From Eledone cirrhosa (Eukaryota), in contig OZ024742.1 of assembly GCA_964016885.1 (NCBI GenBank), forward strand, positions 184,450,001 through 184,514,000: 64,000 nt of DNA. The letters run 5' to 3'. The notes beneath the pieces are model-generated. The model was not told the DNA's origin, did no database searches, and saw only the letters and a list, made by a program, of their open reading frames with translations. The translations under genes and the position numbers were made by a program. Positions 1-11,952 of this stretch are shown in pieces (position 1 is the stretch's first letter; each line of letters starts with the position of its first letter).

Positions 1-190
1 CTCTACCAACACCAACATACGTTAAGAAACCCGGCCCGGCGACATGCCACTACACTTTCGAGCCACATTTGGGGCCTCCAAGATAATAACATCACATACC
101 ATCTAAGTTGGAGCTTACTTTCCAGGGCTAACTCCTACTCGGGAGGACGCCATCCGTGTAACTTATGCTCGGAGGAAACGATACAAATGC
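1..190 (+). pseudogene. Penelope-like element GIY-YIG endonuclease C-terminal fragment
   Basis: Frame 1 reads LYQHQHTLRNPARRHATTLSSHIWGLQDNNITYHLSWSLLSRANSYSGGRHPCNLCSEE. This matches the T-x-LS-x-HIW-x-L...W...CNLC-x-x-E pattern of PLE endonucleases. An HHR follows directly. Confidence 0.75.
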
Positions 191-212
191 CACCATATTT
201 ACTTGGACAGTC

Positions 213-263
213 AGCTTCCTGATGATTTCTCACGAGTGAAACAGTTCTAATCCCGTAGAAGCT
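213..263 (+). ncRNA. Type I hammerhead ribozyme
   Basis: agcttc-CTGATGA-(ctc/gag stem II)-GAAA-c..g-TA-gaagct. Stem I is a perfect 6 bp and the cleavage triplet is GUA. Confidence 0.75.
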
Positions 264-625
264 TTTCTATATTAAACACTTATACTCTGCTTTGTATCGA
301 GTACCTTACTTACTGTGGTTACCCCCGATTGAACCCGGCTGGACAAAACAGTACCAAATTTGCACCATAGATGTAACTTTTTCCAAATAAAAAAGTGAGG
401 GTATTTTTGTCTACTGAATTTTGTTAAAAGATTAAAGACATTATTTAAATATTCACATTTTAAAATTTCAAATGTCAACAATTCCGGTTATATGACATTC
501 CTCACTTTTTCTTATGACGTCACACAACATTCCCATCTTTTTCTTAGTCTGTCTTTTGTCTGGCTGTCTGCATTAGATAACGTTTTTCGAAATATTTACT
601 TCTACGTTCACAGATTGAATTTTTT

Positions 626-669
626 AGTTTCATAAGATCCTGTTACGAGTGAAAGCCTTTGCTTAAACT
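626..669 (+). ncRNA. Degenerate hammerhead ribozyme
   Basis: agttt-CATAAGA-...-GAAA-gc cttt gc-TT-aaact. Stems I and III pair, but the CUGANGA box is mutated. Confidence 0.4.
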
Positions 670-699
670 TTAATCTGTTATTTTAATATATATATTCGT

Positions 700-1740
700 G
701 TACAGATATTTTTGCATACACACAAACAAAAACCTATTTATTTCACGAAAGCACAGACGGCTTATCGTCATTGTTACTGTTCAAGGTTAGAAGACCACAG
801 CCTTTCCAAGATCTGAGAACCATCAATGTTCCACTTACCGTTTGGCCTACCAGATGCATGGTATGTTACACGATGACAGCCATTGGCACCTCACCCTGCA
901 AGAAGCAGCAACTGCTAAAGTCCCTTCTCAGCTGCGAAAACTTATTGCTATTATGCTGCACAACTGTGATCTCGCCGACCCTCTCGCACTGTGGAACAAC
1001 CACCGCGAAAGTTTAGCTGAGGACATCCTCCACCACACACGCAGACACAATACGAATGTAACATACGGTGTCGTTTTCAATGAGGCGCTCATCTGTCTTG
1101 AAAACAGTGTCCTGGAGATTGGTGGGAGGCCTCTAAGTCACTACAGCTTACCTGCTCCTAACAGGAGTGTTCAGAGGTCAACGTCTACAGAGTTTCACCG
1201 CGAGACGAGCTATGTGATCAGTGCTTCTCCCATGGTCAAGTGTATGTAGGATGCTCTAGGGTGAGCTTGCCAAACAATCTCTTCATCTTTGCTCCGGAGG
1301 GCCGAACAAAAAATATTGTATACTCTGAGGCTCTAACAATGTAATTTAAATATTTTTTGTTACTTGGAATTTCCATTATGGTTGTACAAATTATTGTTTG
1401 TTAAAAAATGTGTTCTCTGTTCAGCCTTTATTGTTGTAACTATCAATTTTCTTTAACGTACTGGCTGCTGAACTGGGGAACCCTAAATACTATTCAAACC
1501 TAACATCAGAGCACGTTAACCCCCACCAACCCTGCCAATAAAAACCCACACACTTATTGGTTTTCACTCCAATTTATTATAAATTTCTGGCTGGTTGGTT
1601 GGTTGGTTGATTGGTTTGTTCGATAACTGGATGGTTGTTTATAAATCGTCAAAGCTCTTTCGTCACACATCCAACCCTTTAGCAAATAGTCTGGAACCAG
1701 CTGTTGAAACAGCAAGAGCTCAGCCGTCGGGTACTGACTC
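700..1740 (+). mobile_element. Internally deleted Helitron remnant
   Basis: ORF 842-1249 (LHDDSHWHLTLQEAATAKVPSQLRKLIAIML) resembles the Rep-helicase linker. It is fused near 1218 to the helicase C-terminus (CFSHGQVYVGCSR...GRTKNIVYSEAL). A possible terminal hairpin near 1707-1740 is similar to 30722-30760 in reverse. Confidence 0.8.
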
Positions 1741-2214
1741 TTTATAATATAACCATATTCTGCTACCCCAAGTATTGAGTACTCTTGAGGACTCTACCCC
1801 CACAACCCTCTCAGGAATAAATAGGCAGATTTACTACTATGAGTAAGATGCCTCTGTCACAAGTCCGAACCAGTGGATACAAGGGAACAAAACTTGCCGA
1901 AGACGGGAACTCCAGTTCCATCATGGAGATGCCCACATGAATTGTATATACATTATGCAACTTGTAGTCCCAGAAACCTATTAAAGATTTTTATTGATTT
2001 CTATCAATGCTAATCGACTCAAGATGGTCCAGATTAGTCTTCAACCTATTTGTATTTATCATTATTGTGGTATAAGTATGGCCACTGCTTTGAGTTGCTT
2101 TTCTTGGTGTCATACTTTAGTAACTTTTGTGTTTACTCTGGACAATAATGTATTAACTTCTCGATCCATTGAGTGCTTTGTAACTGCTTCAAACAATTTC
2201 GATTAGTACCTGCT

Positions 2215-2985
2215 ATAATGCAGCTGCAACTTCGATTCATACCCAATATTTACAAAAGGTTTTTCCCTCAAAACAAAAGGCAGACTGTATGATGCATGTA
2301 TACGAACAGCAATGTTGCACAGCAGCAAAACCTGGACACTGTGTGCTGAGGACCTGCGAAGATTGGAAATAAATGAAGCCTCCATGCTTCGCTGGATGTG
2401 CAATAGCAATATACGCGAACAGCAAAGTATAAATGTACTGCGTGAGAAATTAAGCATAAGAGGGATCAGTTGTTATGTGCAGGAGAGGAGATTGTGTTGG
2501 TATGGACATGTGATGTGTATGAAGGATGACATGGTATAAAAAGGTGCACAGCACTCAGAGTTGATGGTAGCTGTGGAGTGGGCAGGCCTAGGAAGACTTG
2601 GGATGAGGTAATAAAAGCTGACCTTGCTCAAATACACTTCACCAAGGGAATTACACAGGACTGCGACCTCTGGCACTATTCAGTACTACAAAAGACCCGC
2701 CCTCCCACATGCTTGAGCTGAGGCATATATCTAATAGGCAACACCCTCCTCTACCTTCTTCCCTCCCATACACCTCCCTTTGTGTAACCATCCCTCCCCT
2801 ATTACATACGTCCGCAATTTCCCCAAGCTTCCGTCCCCTCCCTAGTTCCAAGACAAAAGTGCCTAGTCCACACTGTAAAGTGGTCACGTTGGCGACACAA
2901 CAAAAAGTGCCCAGTCCATTCTGTAATGTGGTCAAGTAGGTGACACAACAAATATTCACCCAGCACATACTGTAAATGTGGTATG
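2215..2985 (+). mobile_element. RTE-clade LINE 3' fragment
   Basis: MLHSSKTWTLCAEDLRRLEINEASMLRWMC..ERRLCWYGHV is homologous to the 27570 ORF. The 3' UTR follows. Confidence 0.85.
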
Positions 2986-2989
2986 TGTT

Positions 2990-3445
2990 AGGAGCACTAC
3001 GATATAGACAAGCCATGTGAAGGGTTCACCGCTACCTTCAGACCCCAATGGTCTACAGAAAAACAGAGCGATCAGAGCATTACGCCTACAACAAGCTATG
3101 TGAAAGATTCACCGCTATCTACAGGCCACACTGGTCTACAGTCATCTACAGACCATTCATAGGTATACAAACCATTACTCTCTCTCTCTCACTATTGTCA
3201 TAGACTCAGGACGGGAACTACTACGAGGGACTGCAACAAACTTTAACCACCAACAAATTTTATCTGGTCATTCGCTGTTTTCACATCAACAACAAAATAA
3301 CATTGTCAACCTTCTCAACTCTTGGTAACTGTTTTATTGTACTTTTTGATTGAAGTGAAGTAAACCATTATATATAAACTAAATCGGCCATTCTTGTTAT
3401 TTCATCTAATAACCGTGTTAATCCATCTAACTATTTCTTACTTAG

Positions 3446-3450
<5 letters not shown>
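2990..3450 (+). mobile_element. Partial solo-LTR-like repeat, same family as 43321-44233
   Basis: Shares gagcattacgccta..ctatgtgaa..tggtctacag subrepeats and caactcttggtaactgttttat with the 43.3-44.2 kb copy. Confidence 0.6.
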
Positions 3451-3484
<34 letters not shown>

Positions 3485-3485
<1 letters not shown>

Positions 3486-3514
3486 TAGCTGAATTACCCG
3501 GCGTTGTCCGGATT
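3485..3514 (-). mobile_element. Helitron 3' terminus (hairpin + CTAG)
   Basis: Reverse strand reads ccggacaacgccgggtaattcagCTAG-t, the same architecture as the 48138-48165 terminus. Confidence 0.65.
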
Positions 3515-4615
3515 ACTGCTGTTTTTATTCAGATTAGTAAACAATAAATATGAAGATATTCTTTTTTTTCTAATAATTATTTCAAAATATATCTATATTT
3601 TATTTTTAAAATATCAAAATTGTAATGATAATAGAATTCAGAAATGAAAATCTGTCACCTTAGGGTAAACAATATCCATTGTGTAATTTTTTTGTTGGCG
3701 TCCAAATGAATAAATTGTTGCTACACACTCACACACCTACACTCTCATATACACTCACATACATATACTAAGGCAGACGCACACAGACATGCATGCATGC
3801 AGACACGCGCATAGCTTTTCACCTCATTTTTTTTGTCAGTCACTACATATGCATATATATGTGTAGATGTGTGTGTGTATTTAATAACATACCTAACCAA
3901 CGTGCAAATCCACATACACATACATATACAAAATATGGCGTCATTGTGTTGTTTTAATCCAAATGAAAATTATCACACATACCTACATTTACACACACAC
4001 ACTCTTTCACACACATACACTCACATACATATACTAATACAGACACACACAGACATATATACACGCACATCTATTACTTGTCAGTCAACACATATGTATC
4101 TGTATGTGTAGATGTGTGTGTGTGTGAAGATAATGTGTATGCAAATTACTAAGGGTATATGTATGTGTAGATGTGTGTCATTAATTCTCTGAGGCCTAAC
4201 GTTAAAATAAAAATTATCACACATACACTCACACACACATACACTCACATACATATGCAGACACACACATACATTTAATTGTCTGTATGTGAAGATAATG
4301 TGTGTGCAACTTACTAAGGCTATATGTATGTGTAGATGTATGTGTGTCTGTTTAATTCTATGAGGTCTAACATACGTAATGAACTCGTAAAAACACACAC
4401 ACTCACAGACACATACATGCTCATATATAAAATGTGATGAAATATTATTTTATATAAAATGTTATATTGTTTTAATCCAAATGAAAATAAAAATTACATG
4501 TTGACACTCCTGGGGTCTAATACTATTACCTAGTAACATTTGATTTGATTTGGTGGAGCCGTTTGAGAATGCACAGGAACAGACAGAGAGACAAAGAATG
4601 TTATATATATATATA

Positions 4616-4645
4616 CTAACAGCAGGACCCGGCGTTGCACGGGGT
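4616..4645 (-). mobile_element. Helitron 3' terminus (hairpin + TTAG)
   Basis: Reverse strand reads ccccgtgcaacgccgggtcctgctgTTAG-t. Confidence 0.55.
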
Positions 4646-5513
4646 AGGAAACGTGAAATTGCAACATGCATATGCAAAGACTGAGGTATGTAGCTGTGTA
4701 CTTTTTGATTTCCCTTATTCTCAGGGAATGATTGTTCATCTACTGGAAACGTAGAACCCCGGCAGCCTGAATTGTGAAGCATCTGCATGCATGTGCAAAA
4801 TCTGAAGAAAATCAGCTGGATACTCTTTAAGCATACTAAATCTTAGAGTATGATTTTTCTTCCATTTGGAGAAAATCGGTTAGATACTTTTTGAGTCAGT
4901 AGGTTTTATATTACATAATTCTATTCATGTAAATTTCTGTTCACATAATAGCTGTCTGATGAGGTCATTACTATTACGGAATTAGCACAACCACTGTTCG
5001 GCATACTTGCGCAGGGCGTTCATGCTGAAGTAGCACAGACGTGAGTTTTGCGGTGTCAATAACACAGCAATGTACACAGGGCCCGGATTTGCGCGTGATG
5101 AAAGCACGAAGCATCAACAGGGCTCCGACAACAATTTTAAGGTCCTCATCATTCCCTCAAGCCCCCCAAAATGGTCCTGCTTAAAAGTAAGTAAGTGTTG
5201 TGTCCTCTGTTAAATAAACCAAATTTTTAAACAAAATATTATACGTTACTTACGATGTTTAAAGAGCGTTTATATTGAAAATGAAAATGGCATATAATGC
5301 CCAATGCTAATTCGTAAATTTCCTAGAAACCATTAATGGAATCGGAAATTTCTTTTCGTCCACAGCAATGGGAGGGGACTAACTAATGTGTGCTGCAAAT
5401 TTCGAGGAAATCTTTAAGTTACGCCTCAAAAAAGCTTTAAAATGCCGCATATCTCGAAGATTGCGTTTCGCTTTGTGTTTGGCCACCGCCGAAATACGAT
5501 CTCACTGAAATTA

Positions 5514-5562
<49 letters not shown>

Positions 5563-5566
<4 letters not shown>

Positions 5567-5790
5567 TCACCTTCATCATCTTAGTTTAACGTCCATCTTC
5601 CACGCTAGCCGGGAGTTGTCCCACTTGAGGCAAGGTAGGTCGGGTGACCGTGTCTCACTCATATAGGACTATCTGGCAGGTTTCCTACGGCTGAATGCCC
5701 TTCCTAACACTAACCACATTTACAGTGTGGAACTGGGAACTTTTTACCGTTTTACCTACACGACCACATTACAGCATGGACTGTGTTTGT
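5563..5790 (-). mobile_element. SINE or RTE-tail repeat with (GAT)n tail
   Basis: Contains ggttagtgttaggaagggcattcagccgtagg...gcgtggaagatggacgttaaa followed by a GAT-rich tail. Many copies occur in the window. Confidence 0.7.
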
Positions 5791-5811
5791 TTTTTTTTTG
5801 TCTTTTTTATA

Positions 5812-6147
5812 ATATATGGGATAACAAGTTATCGTTTTAGGTAATCCAGTTAGAGGTTGTGAGTACTCTGTACTATAGATAGTTTTAACGTACGGCGTTG
5901 TTTGACTCAACAAGAGGTTTCCTTACTTAGGTAGCGAGTTTGCGAGAATTTTCATGTAGGTTATTTTTCGAGTAATAATAGTGAAAGAGTGAAGAATAAC
6001 ATGGTCGGCTGTACAAAAAGCGTTTTATTTACAGTATTAACAATTGTTTCATTGATCAGGTGAGTCTAAAGGCCACTGATCACTTGAAATTGCATCACTC
6101 GACCTTAAATACTGTGTGCATCTCTGATCAAATCATCGGAATACTGT
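5812..6147 (-). mobile_element. Non-coding HHR-bearing repeat (PLE pseudo-LTR or retrozyme-like), homolog of 50975-51505
   Basis: The reverse complement aligns by eye over about 330 bp with 50975-51505, which carries an extra SINE. Confidence 0.7.
6031..6147 (-). ncRNA. Hammerhead ribozyme with extended stem II, core mutated to CCGATGA
   Basis: acagtatt-CCGATGA-tttgatcag..~65 nt..ctgatcaat-GAAA-caattg-TT-aatactgt. Stem I is 8 bp and stem III is palindromic. Confidence 0.65.
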
Positions 6148-6217
6148 CTGTGTGTATATATATACACATACACAAACACATATATAAATCAGTATGGATT
6201 GAGTGTGAAATTGGTTA

Positions 6218-6702
6218 GATATATGCTGGCGTATAAGTCAACACTTGGAGCCTAAAAATATCTCTCCAAAACCAGGGCTTGACTTGTCCACCGAATATAA
6301 AATGTGAACCTTTACCACTGAGGGGTAACCAGTGAAACTACCTGCCTAACACTCATTGTACACCACTTACCATAACTCTAGTAGCCCACCACAATTATTT
6401 CTTATTTGTTCAGTCTATTTAACGTAGAGATTATAATATCATAGGGTAGGTTACCATAGGTTCTTTAAGGTTAGGCTAGGCTGGTTTACTGAGTGAGTTA
6501 GAACTCACTTGCGACAGAAGTGTTTTAGAAGTGACTTAGCCTTTAACACGCCACTAAATTTTTTGAATTATTTCCCCTGCAACTGCTTTATTTTTTGGGA
6601 GTCATCTTATCCGGCGAATATAGGGTGAAACCTGAATCACACCTTAGAATTTTTAGGGTCGACCTATGCGCTAGATCAACCTGTATGCCCGTATATGCAG
6701 TA
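6218..6702. mobile_element. Tc1/pogo-like MITE (degenerate)
   Basis: The ends resemble the cgtatatac-cg-gtataagtcgac terminal-inverted-repeat (TIR) motif, with internal gtcgac-tat subrepeats. Confidence 0.45.
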
Positions 6703-6928
6703 TATATATATAACATGGAAAATGGGCGTTAAATAGTGATGGTGATGATATATACTTGGTATATTTTGTGTTAGTTAATCAACTGACAAAAGTGTACACA
6801 GCATAGAACATTCATCGAAGTATACTTGTATGCCTATGGACTCCGGAGTATTTGAGTAACAATGAAGTAGAAGTCAGTAGGTTTTATATTACATAATTCT
6901 ATTCATGTAAATTTCTGTTCCCATAATA

Positions 6929-6987
6929 GCTGTCTGATGAGGTCATAACTATTACATAAAAGTTACCATGGAAAAACATATAACAGC
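6929..6987 (+). ncRNA. Hammerhead ribozyme (partly degenerate)
   Basis: gctgt-CTGATGA-...taact/agtta...-GAAAAA-cata-TA-acagc. A second copy is at 7207 and a 5' half is at 4951. Confidence 0.55.
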
Positions 6988-7206
6988 AGTTATATGGTAT
7001 AGATATGAATATCCCATCAAACCCTCCAAATATCACATGTTTATTATAAACTATTCAATATTGTATATATATTTCCTGACATATGTCAGCAGGGCTTTGA
7101 GGAAACAACACCAATTACCCGCCCATGACATATCACAGAAGGAAAACTGCATGAGTAATTTTTATTCATGTAATTTTTTTAAGTGTAATTTTCTGTTGAA
7201 GTAATA

Positions 7207-7254
7207 GCTGTCTGACAAGGCCATAACAATTACCATCGAAATACGTACAACGGC
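7207..7254 (+). ncRNA. Degenerate hammerhead ribozyme, tandem copy
   Basis: gctgt-CTGACAA-...-GAAA-tacgta-CA-acggc. Confidence 0.5.
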
Positions 7255-8567
7255 GACTATATAAATAAAATGAGGTATATTCTAATCTATTGGCTTCTAC
7301 TTCGTTGTTATACCAAGATTCCGGAGTACACTTACATGTGTATCTATATATGTGTGTGTGTGTATGCGAAATTTCTTCACATTTCCCCACAATGTTCATT
7401 TTTCTTTTTGTCTTGAATTTTTATTGCAAATTTGTCTAAGGAAAGCATCTAGGTCATTTACAATTCATCAAAGATAACACTTTCTTCAGTCCATTCTGCT
7501 CTCATTTTTTGGAAAAGAAAGACATCACTTCGAGTTGTTCAAGCAAGTAGTTCAGTCCAGACTCGAGTGGAGATGCAAAGGCAAGTCCTTTTGCCTCCTT
7601 ACCACAATCTATTTCCGCACTATTTTTTTAAATTTATATTTACTTTCTCTGATCTCACAGACGATATGGCGATGAAATTAAGAATAGGTAGTGATACAAG
7701 TCAAAGCCTTCAATGGTGAGGGGGATGTTATTGCTTGGATTAGAAAGATGAAATTGGTCGCCTCACTGTAAGGTATCGAAAATGTGGCTGGCCTCATTGC
7801 ACTCTATCTTGACGGTGACGCATTAGCATCATACCTCAAAATAGACCAGTCAGATCAATTGAATACAGAGAAGATAGAGCAATGCCTTAAGGAAGCATTC
7901 ACTGAGGGACCTTATGCTGCTATCGCCAAGCTAGGCAAAGTGAGATGGACGGGAGAGCAGGTAGACATATTTGCGGCAAAAATCCAGAGGTTGGTTACGC
8001 TAGCCGAATTCACAGGAAAGAATCTCAAAAGGGCCGTGCGGATGGGGTTTGTGAATGGTTTCTCCAACAAAATTTCAGGGATGCTCCAACAGTTGCTGGG
8101 CAACAACAAAATGGCCATGAGAAAGCTAATCACAGGCCCGTGTAGTGACACGAGGCATTTAGCAGAATGTTGCAGTGTTAACAGCGATGGAAGCCCACAG
8201 CAGTTGACAGTGATCGATGAATAATGAGGAGAGAAGATACCCCTTGTGGACACGGGCTGCACAATGACATTAGTGACCTCGGAGGTGGTTAAAAAGTGGA
8301 GTGGGATGAGTAGTGTAAGGACATTCAATAACAGGGTGATTAGAAGCAGAGATAGCAGTGAAAATAAGGCTGCGGGCGATTGTGATTGACCACATGGTGA
8401 ATGGAATTGATGTGATAATGGGCATGGTTGTATTTGACTCCTTAGAAGGCATTACAGTGAGTAAGGACAGAGTAACATTTGTTAGTGTGGGAACACCATG
8501 TGCTGTGAGTGTGCAACTGGAAAACAGGGAGATCCATGAAGAAAAATGTGCTGTTCATACCATACAA

Positions 8568-9099
8568 CAGTGGTCGCCAACATGGGTTCCGTGGAACCTT
8601 GGGGTTCCGTTAAAACAAACTCCGGGTTCCTTAAAAAAATAAATATTTACATTACCATTAATATTTTGGGTTTTCTGAAAAAGGTGCAAAGAAAAGGGCA
8701 AAGGTGCAATGTATAAATGAACGAGTACTATTGTAGTGTACACAGGTTCTCCACTCCAATTCGTGGAAATTGAATACTTTCAATTTCACATCAATTCTTG
8801 GAAAGATATAGTTTTCTGAATTCCGAGAATTTGACTACTACTGATAATATACTAATTGAACTTAGAAATTGAGCAATCACGAACAAGTAAATGTTGGTCG
8901 ATGACAACATAACTTTAAACTGAAAACTTCAGTTCAGCGAGGTCTCTCAGCCGTGAGACAGGGTCAGTTCGCTGTTCTCATAACTTAAGTTCACTAAAAT
9001 AAATAAATACTTTATTATTTTTTTAAAAAGTTTTGTATTGTATAGGTTCCGTGAAGAATTCAAAATATTTAGAGGGTTCCTCGGTTTTAGAAAGGTTGG
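8568..9099 (+). mobile_element. hAT-type MITE inserted in the Gypsy element
   Basis: Left TIR is cagtggtcgccaac and the right TIR is truncated. Much of it is near-identical to 25275-25900 in reverse. Confidence 0.8.
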
Positions 9100-9481
9100 G
9101 ACAAGAATTTCAGAGCTGTGTTTGATGTTCAGCAGTAAATAGTTGAGTAGTACTGGAAAGGAGAGCCCCTGACTTTGAAGAACAGAGTGAGCTGCTATCA
9201 GCATACCTGAAAGGTGATGCTAGAAGCGAGTTTGAGGGAGAGGTGCAAAGATGGATAGAAGAGGGCATATTAATCCTTTGGAAGGAGGAGATTAAGTGTG
9301 GAGTGTTGCCATTTAATGGCAGCAGTGCAACCAACGAAGAACAAGGTCAGACCAATGCTGGACTTTTGCGAACTGAATGAACGTGAGTCATGCCACACAA
9401 GCAGCGAGGTCACAGATGTCTGCAGAGAAACCTTGTGAGAGTTGAAACAAATAACAAAGGCCTCCACAATTGTTGACTTTA

Positions 9482-9702
9482 CCCTTTAGCATTTACATTA
9501 CTCTATATATACTATTGTATTTTCATGGTAAAGGCTATACCTCACACAATTATCTCACATAATATCGAATTTATGAGATTTTTATACTATTTATTTTGAG
9601 AACAATACCTTAACATCAGTATGAGTGACTAGTTACAGCCAGTCTGAACAGAAAGAGGTGAGAGAATTCTGTCCGGTTATGGCTGGTTTAAATGCTAAAG
9701 GG
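9482..9702. mobile_element. piggyBac-like MITE inserted in the Gypsy RT
   Basis: TIR ccctttagcattta/taaatgctaaaggg flanked by ttta and TTAA. Removing it restores the RT motif VDL-K. Confidence 0.8.
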
Positions 9703-11683
9703 TTAAAGTTGGTTTATCTGCGACCACATGTAGCTGAGCAACTGTGGCAGTATCAGCTGGTCAGGTATAACAATCAGACATACTGCCTGACCAGGCTGGT
9801 GTTCAGGTTGAATTTGGCACCAAAGAGCATGTTGACAGTTTTCAAGGCCTTTCTGGGGATATCATGATAGATAAGACTGTGATGTCGACAGCAGAGGTCT
9901 CAAGCTACCTAGGAAGGTTCGAGTTAACCCAGAATCACCAGAGGCAGTGGAAGGAGGAGCCGCACTGGGACTCAAGCTGTGCACACTGATATTTTGGAGT
10001 GGAAATGAATTCCCAGGACTGGGCACTGACATGGACAGATGAGAGCTTTTCTCAATGTGTGAGAAATTAGTGGCCCACTATCCATTTGTTGGGTGGCTTT
10101 GAACAGCATGCAGCTACGTCAAGAGACAATTGGGTGGGGTAAGCTGGGGAGAGGATGATAGCCATGATGCTGGAGATCATAGAGAGGGTAAAGGCAGATG
10201 ACCCAGTAAGAGGAAGCTGGTACGTACCCAAATCAGAGAACAGGACCGTATGGTGTGATGCCAGCAGCATAGCACTAGGGGTCACTCTGGAAATAGGGGG
10301 TGGCAAGGTCGAGGATGCAGCTTGGCTCAGGAAGAAGAAGGACTGGAACCATATCAACACGGTTGAATTTGATGCTGAGGGGAGTGAATCTCATACTGAA
10401 ATGGGGGCTGTGTGCCGTAGAGATTCATATGGATTCAGCCACTGTATTCAGATGGGTGAGATCAGTGTTTACCAGTAAGAAGAGGGTGCGAATGAGAGAG
10501 GCGGCAGAAATGTTAATAAAGTACCACCTGAGAACTTTGGGAGTGCTGGCAGTTGGGTGTGGTCTTTGTGCTCTCAGAGAAAAATAGGGCTGACATTTTA
10601 ACCAGGGTGAAGAAAGCTTGGCTGGAAGTGCCAGAGGATGCAGAAAAAGGAATAGCTGCAGTGTGTCAGCTGAGTGACTCAGAGTTGAGAAGATTGCATA
10701 TCATGCATCATATGGGAGTAGATAGGATCCTGTTCCTAGCCAGGAAAGTTGACTCCAACATTACCAGACAGAGTGTCCTGAAAGTGGTTGGGAGTTGCGA
10801 CAGATGTCAGTCTATTGACCCCACCCCAGTCATGCACGAGATGGGTAACATCCCTGTGGAGCACAACTGGAAGCGATTGGCTGTGTATGTAATACACTAC
10901 CAACAGGAGATGTATCTCTTTATAGTCGCTTGCAAACTGGGGCGGATGTCAATATGGAGTGAGATGAAGATGGGGACTATGGAGGAAATCGCACGGAGGC
11001 TGAAAGAGATATTCTTGGAGTGTGGCCCAATGGAGGAACTATTGGAGGAACTGTTGATGGGCACAGCATTTCACTCCAAGGTGCTGAAGGAGATGCTCAA
11101 TGGATGTAATGTGAGCTGCTTTTTCAGAGCAGCATACAGGTTGAATGGAAATAAGATTGTGGAGAGACACCACCATACAATCAAAGCCTTGGTGGAGAGG
11201 GGAAACATTTCACCAATGGAGGTGGTGTTCTGGTATATGTTTCCTCATGTAGGACAGGCTGAGGGGTCAGTACCACACAGGGCGATATATAGATAGGAAT
11301 GGTGATATCCATGCATGCTGTTACAACAATCTGTGGAAGAGAGAGAGAATGTGTTTGTATAGGTGGCTGAAATAGTCTGGGTCAAACCCCCGAATGCACG
11401 TTGCACATCTCAATGGGGAAATGGAACGATAAGGGCTGTAAATTCCCGAAACAACCTGTCTGTGGACAGAATGCCACGTTATGTCTTGGATGTCTATAAG
11501 AGTCGTTGATTTAATGGAGAAGAGGAGAACAAAAGTGCAGCCCCAACTGTACAGAGATTGTAATGGGAATGTCATTCACCCAGGTAGATGACGGACTTTG
11601 ACACAGAGTGATATGATGGGGTGATTGATCCTTGAGATCAGGGGAGTATATGGGCTTGGGTGCCAGAACTGCAGGGGAGGTCT

Positions 11684-11932
11684 TGTCAGAAGCGAGGGAC
11701 CAGCGACGTGACATAAGAGTTTGCAGGATTTTCATGCCCCCCTTTGATCAGGAAGCGGTAACATTTGGACATGCATGTTCATGAGTGCTATGACTATCTA
11801 TGAGTGACTTGCTATACTCTTTGGCCAGACTTAAAACAGGGTTATACCTGTGCAAGGCGATTCATACTCGAGTGAAGATGCAAAGTGAACAATGAACAAT
11901 CATACTAAACCCAAACCAATTCTGATGCTACA
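11684..11932 (+). repeat. 3' LTR of the Gypsy element
   Basis: Begins TG after the polypurine tract and ends tgctaCA. Partial similarity (ctcgagtg-agatgcaaag) occurs at 7562. Confidence 0.6.
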
Positions 11933-11952
11933 TATATACACACACACATATA

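Larger units (their letters stand above)
7666..11932 (+). mobile_element. Decayed Ty3/Gypsy LTR retrotransposon
   Basis: Contains gag (ALYLDGDAL..), protease LVDTGCT near 8243, RT remnants 9100-9950, RNase H VWCDASSIALG and integrase (HHMGVDR, CDRC, NKIVERHHHTIK). A polypurine tract lies at 11673-11680. There are many stops and frameshifts. Confidence 0.9.
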
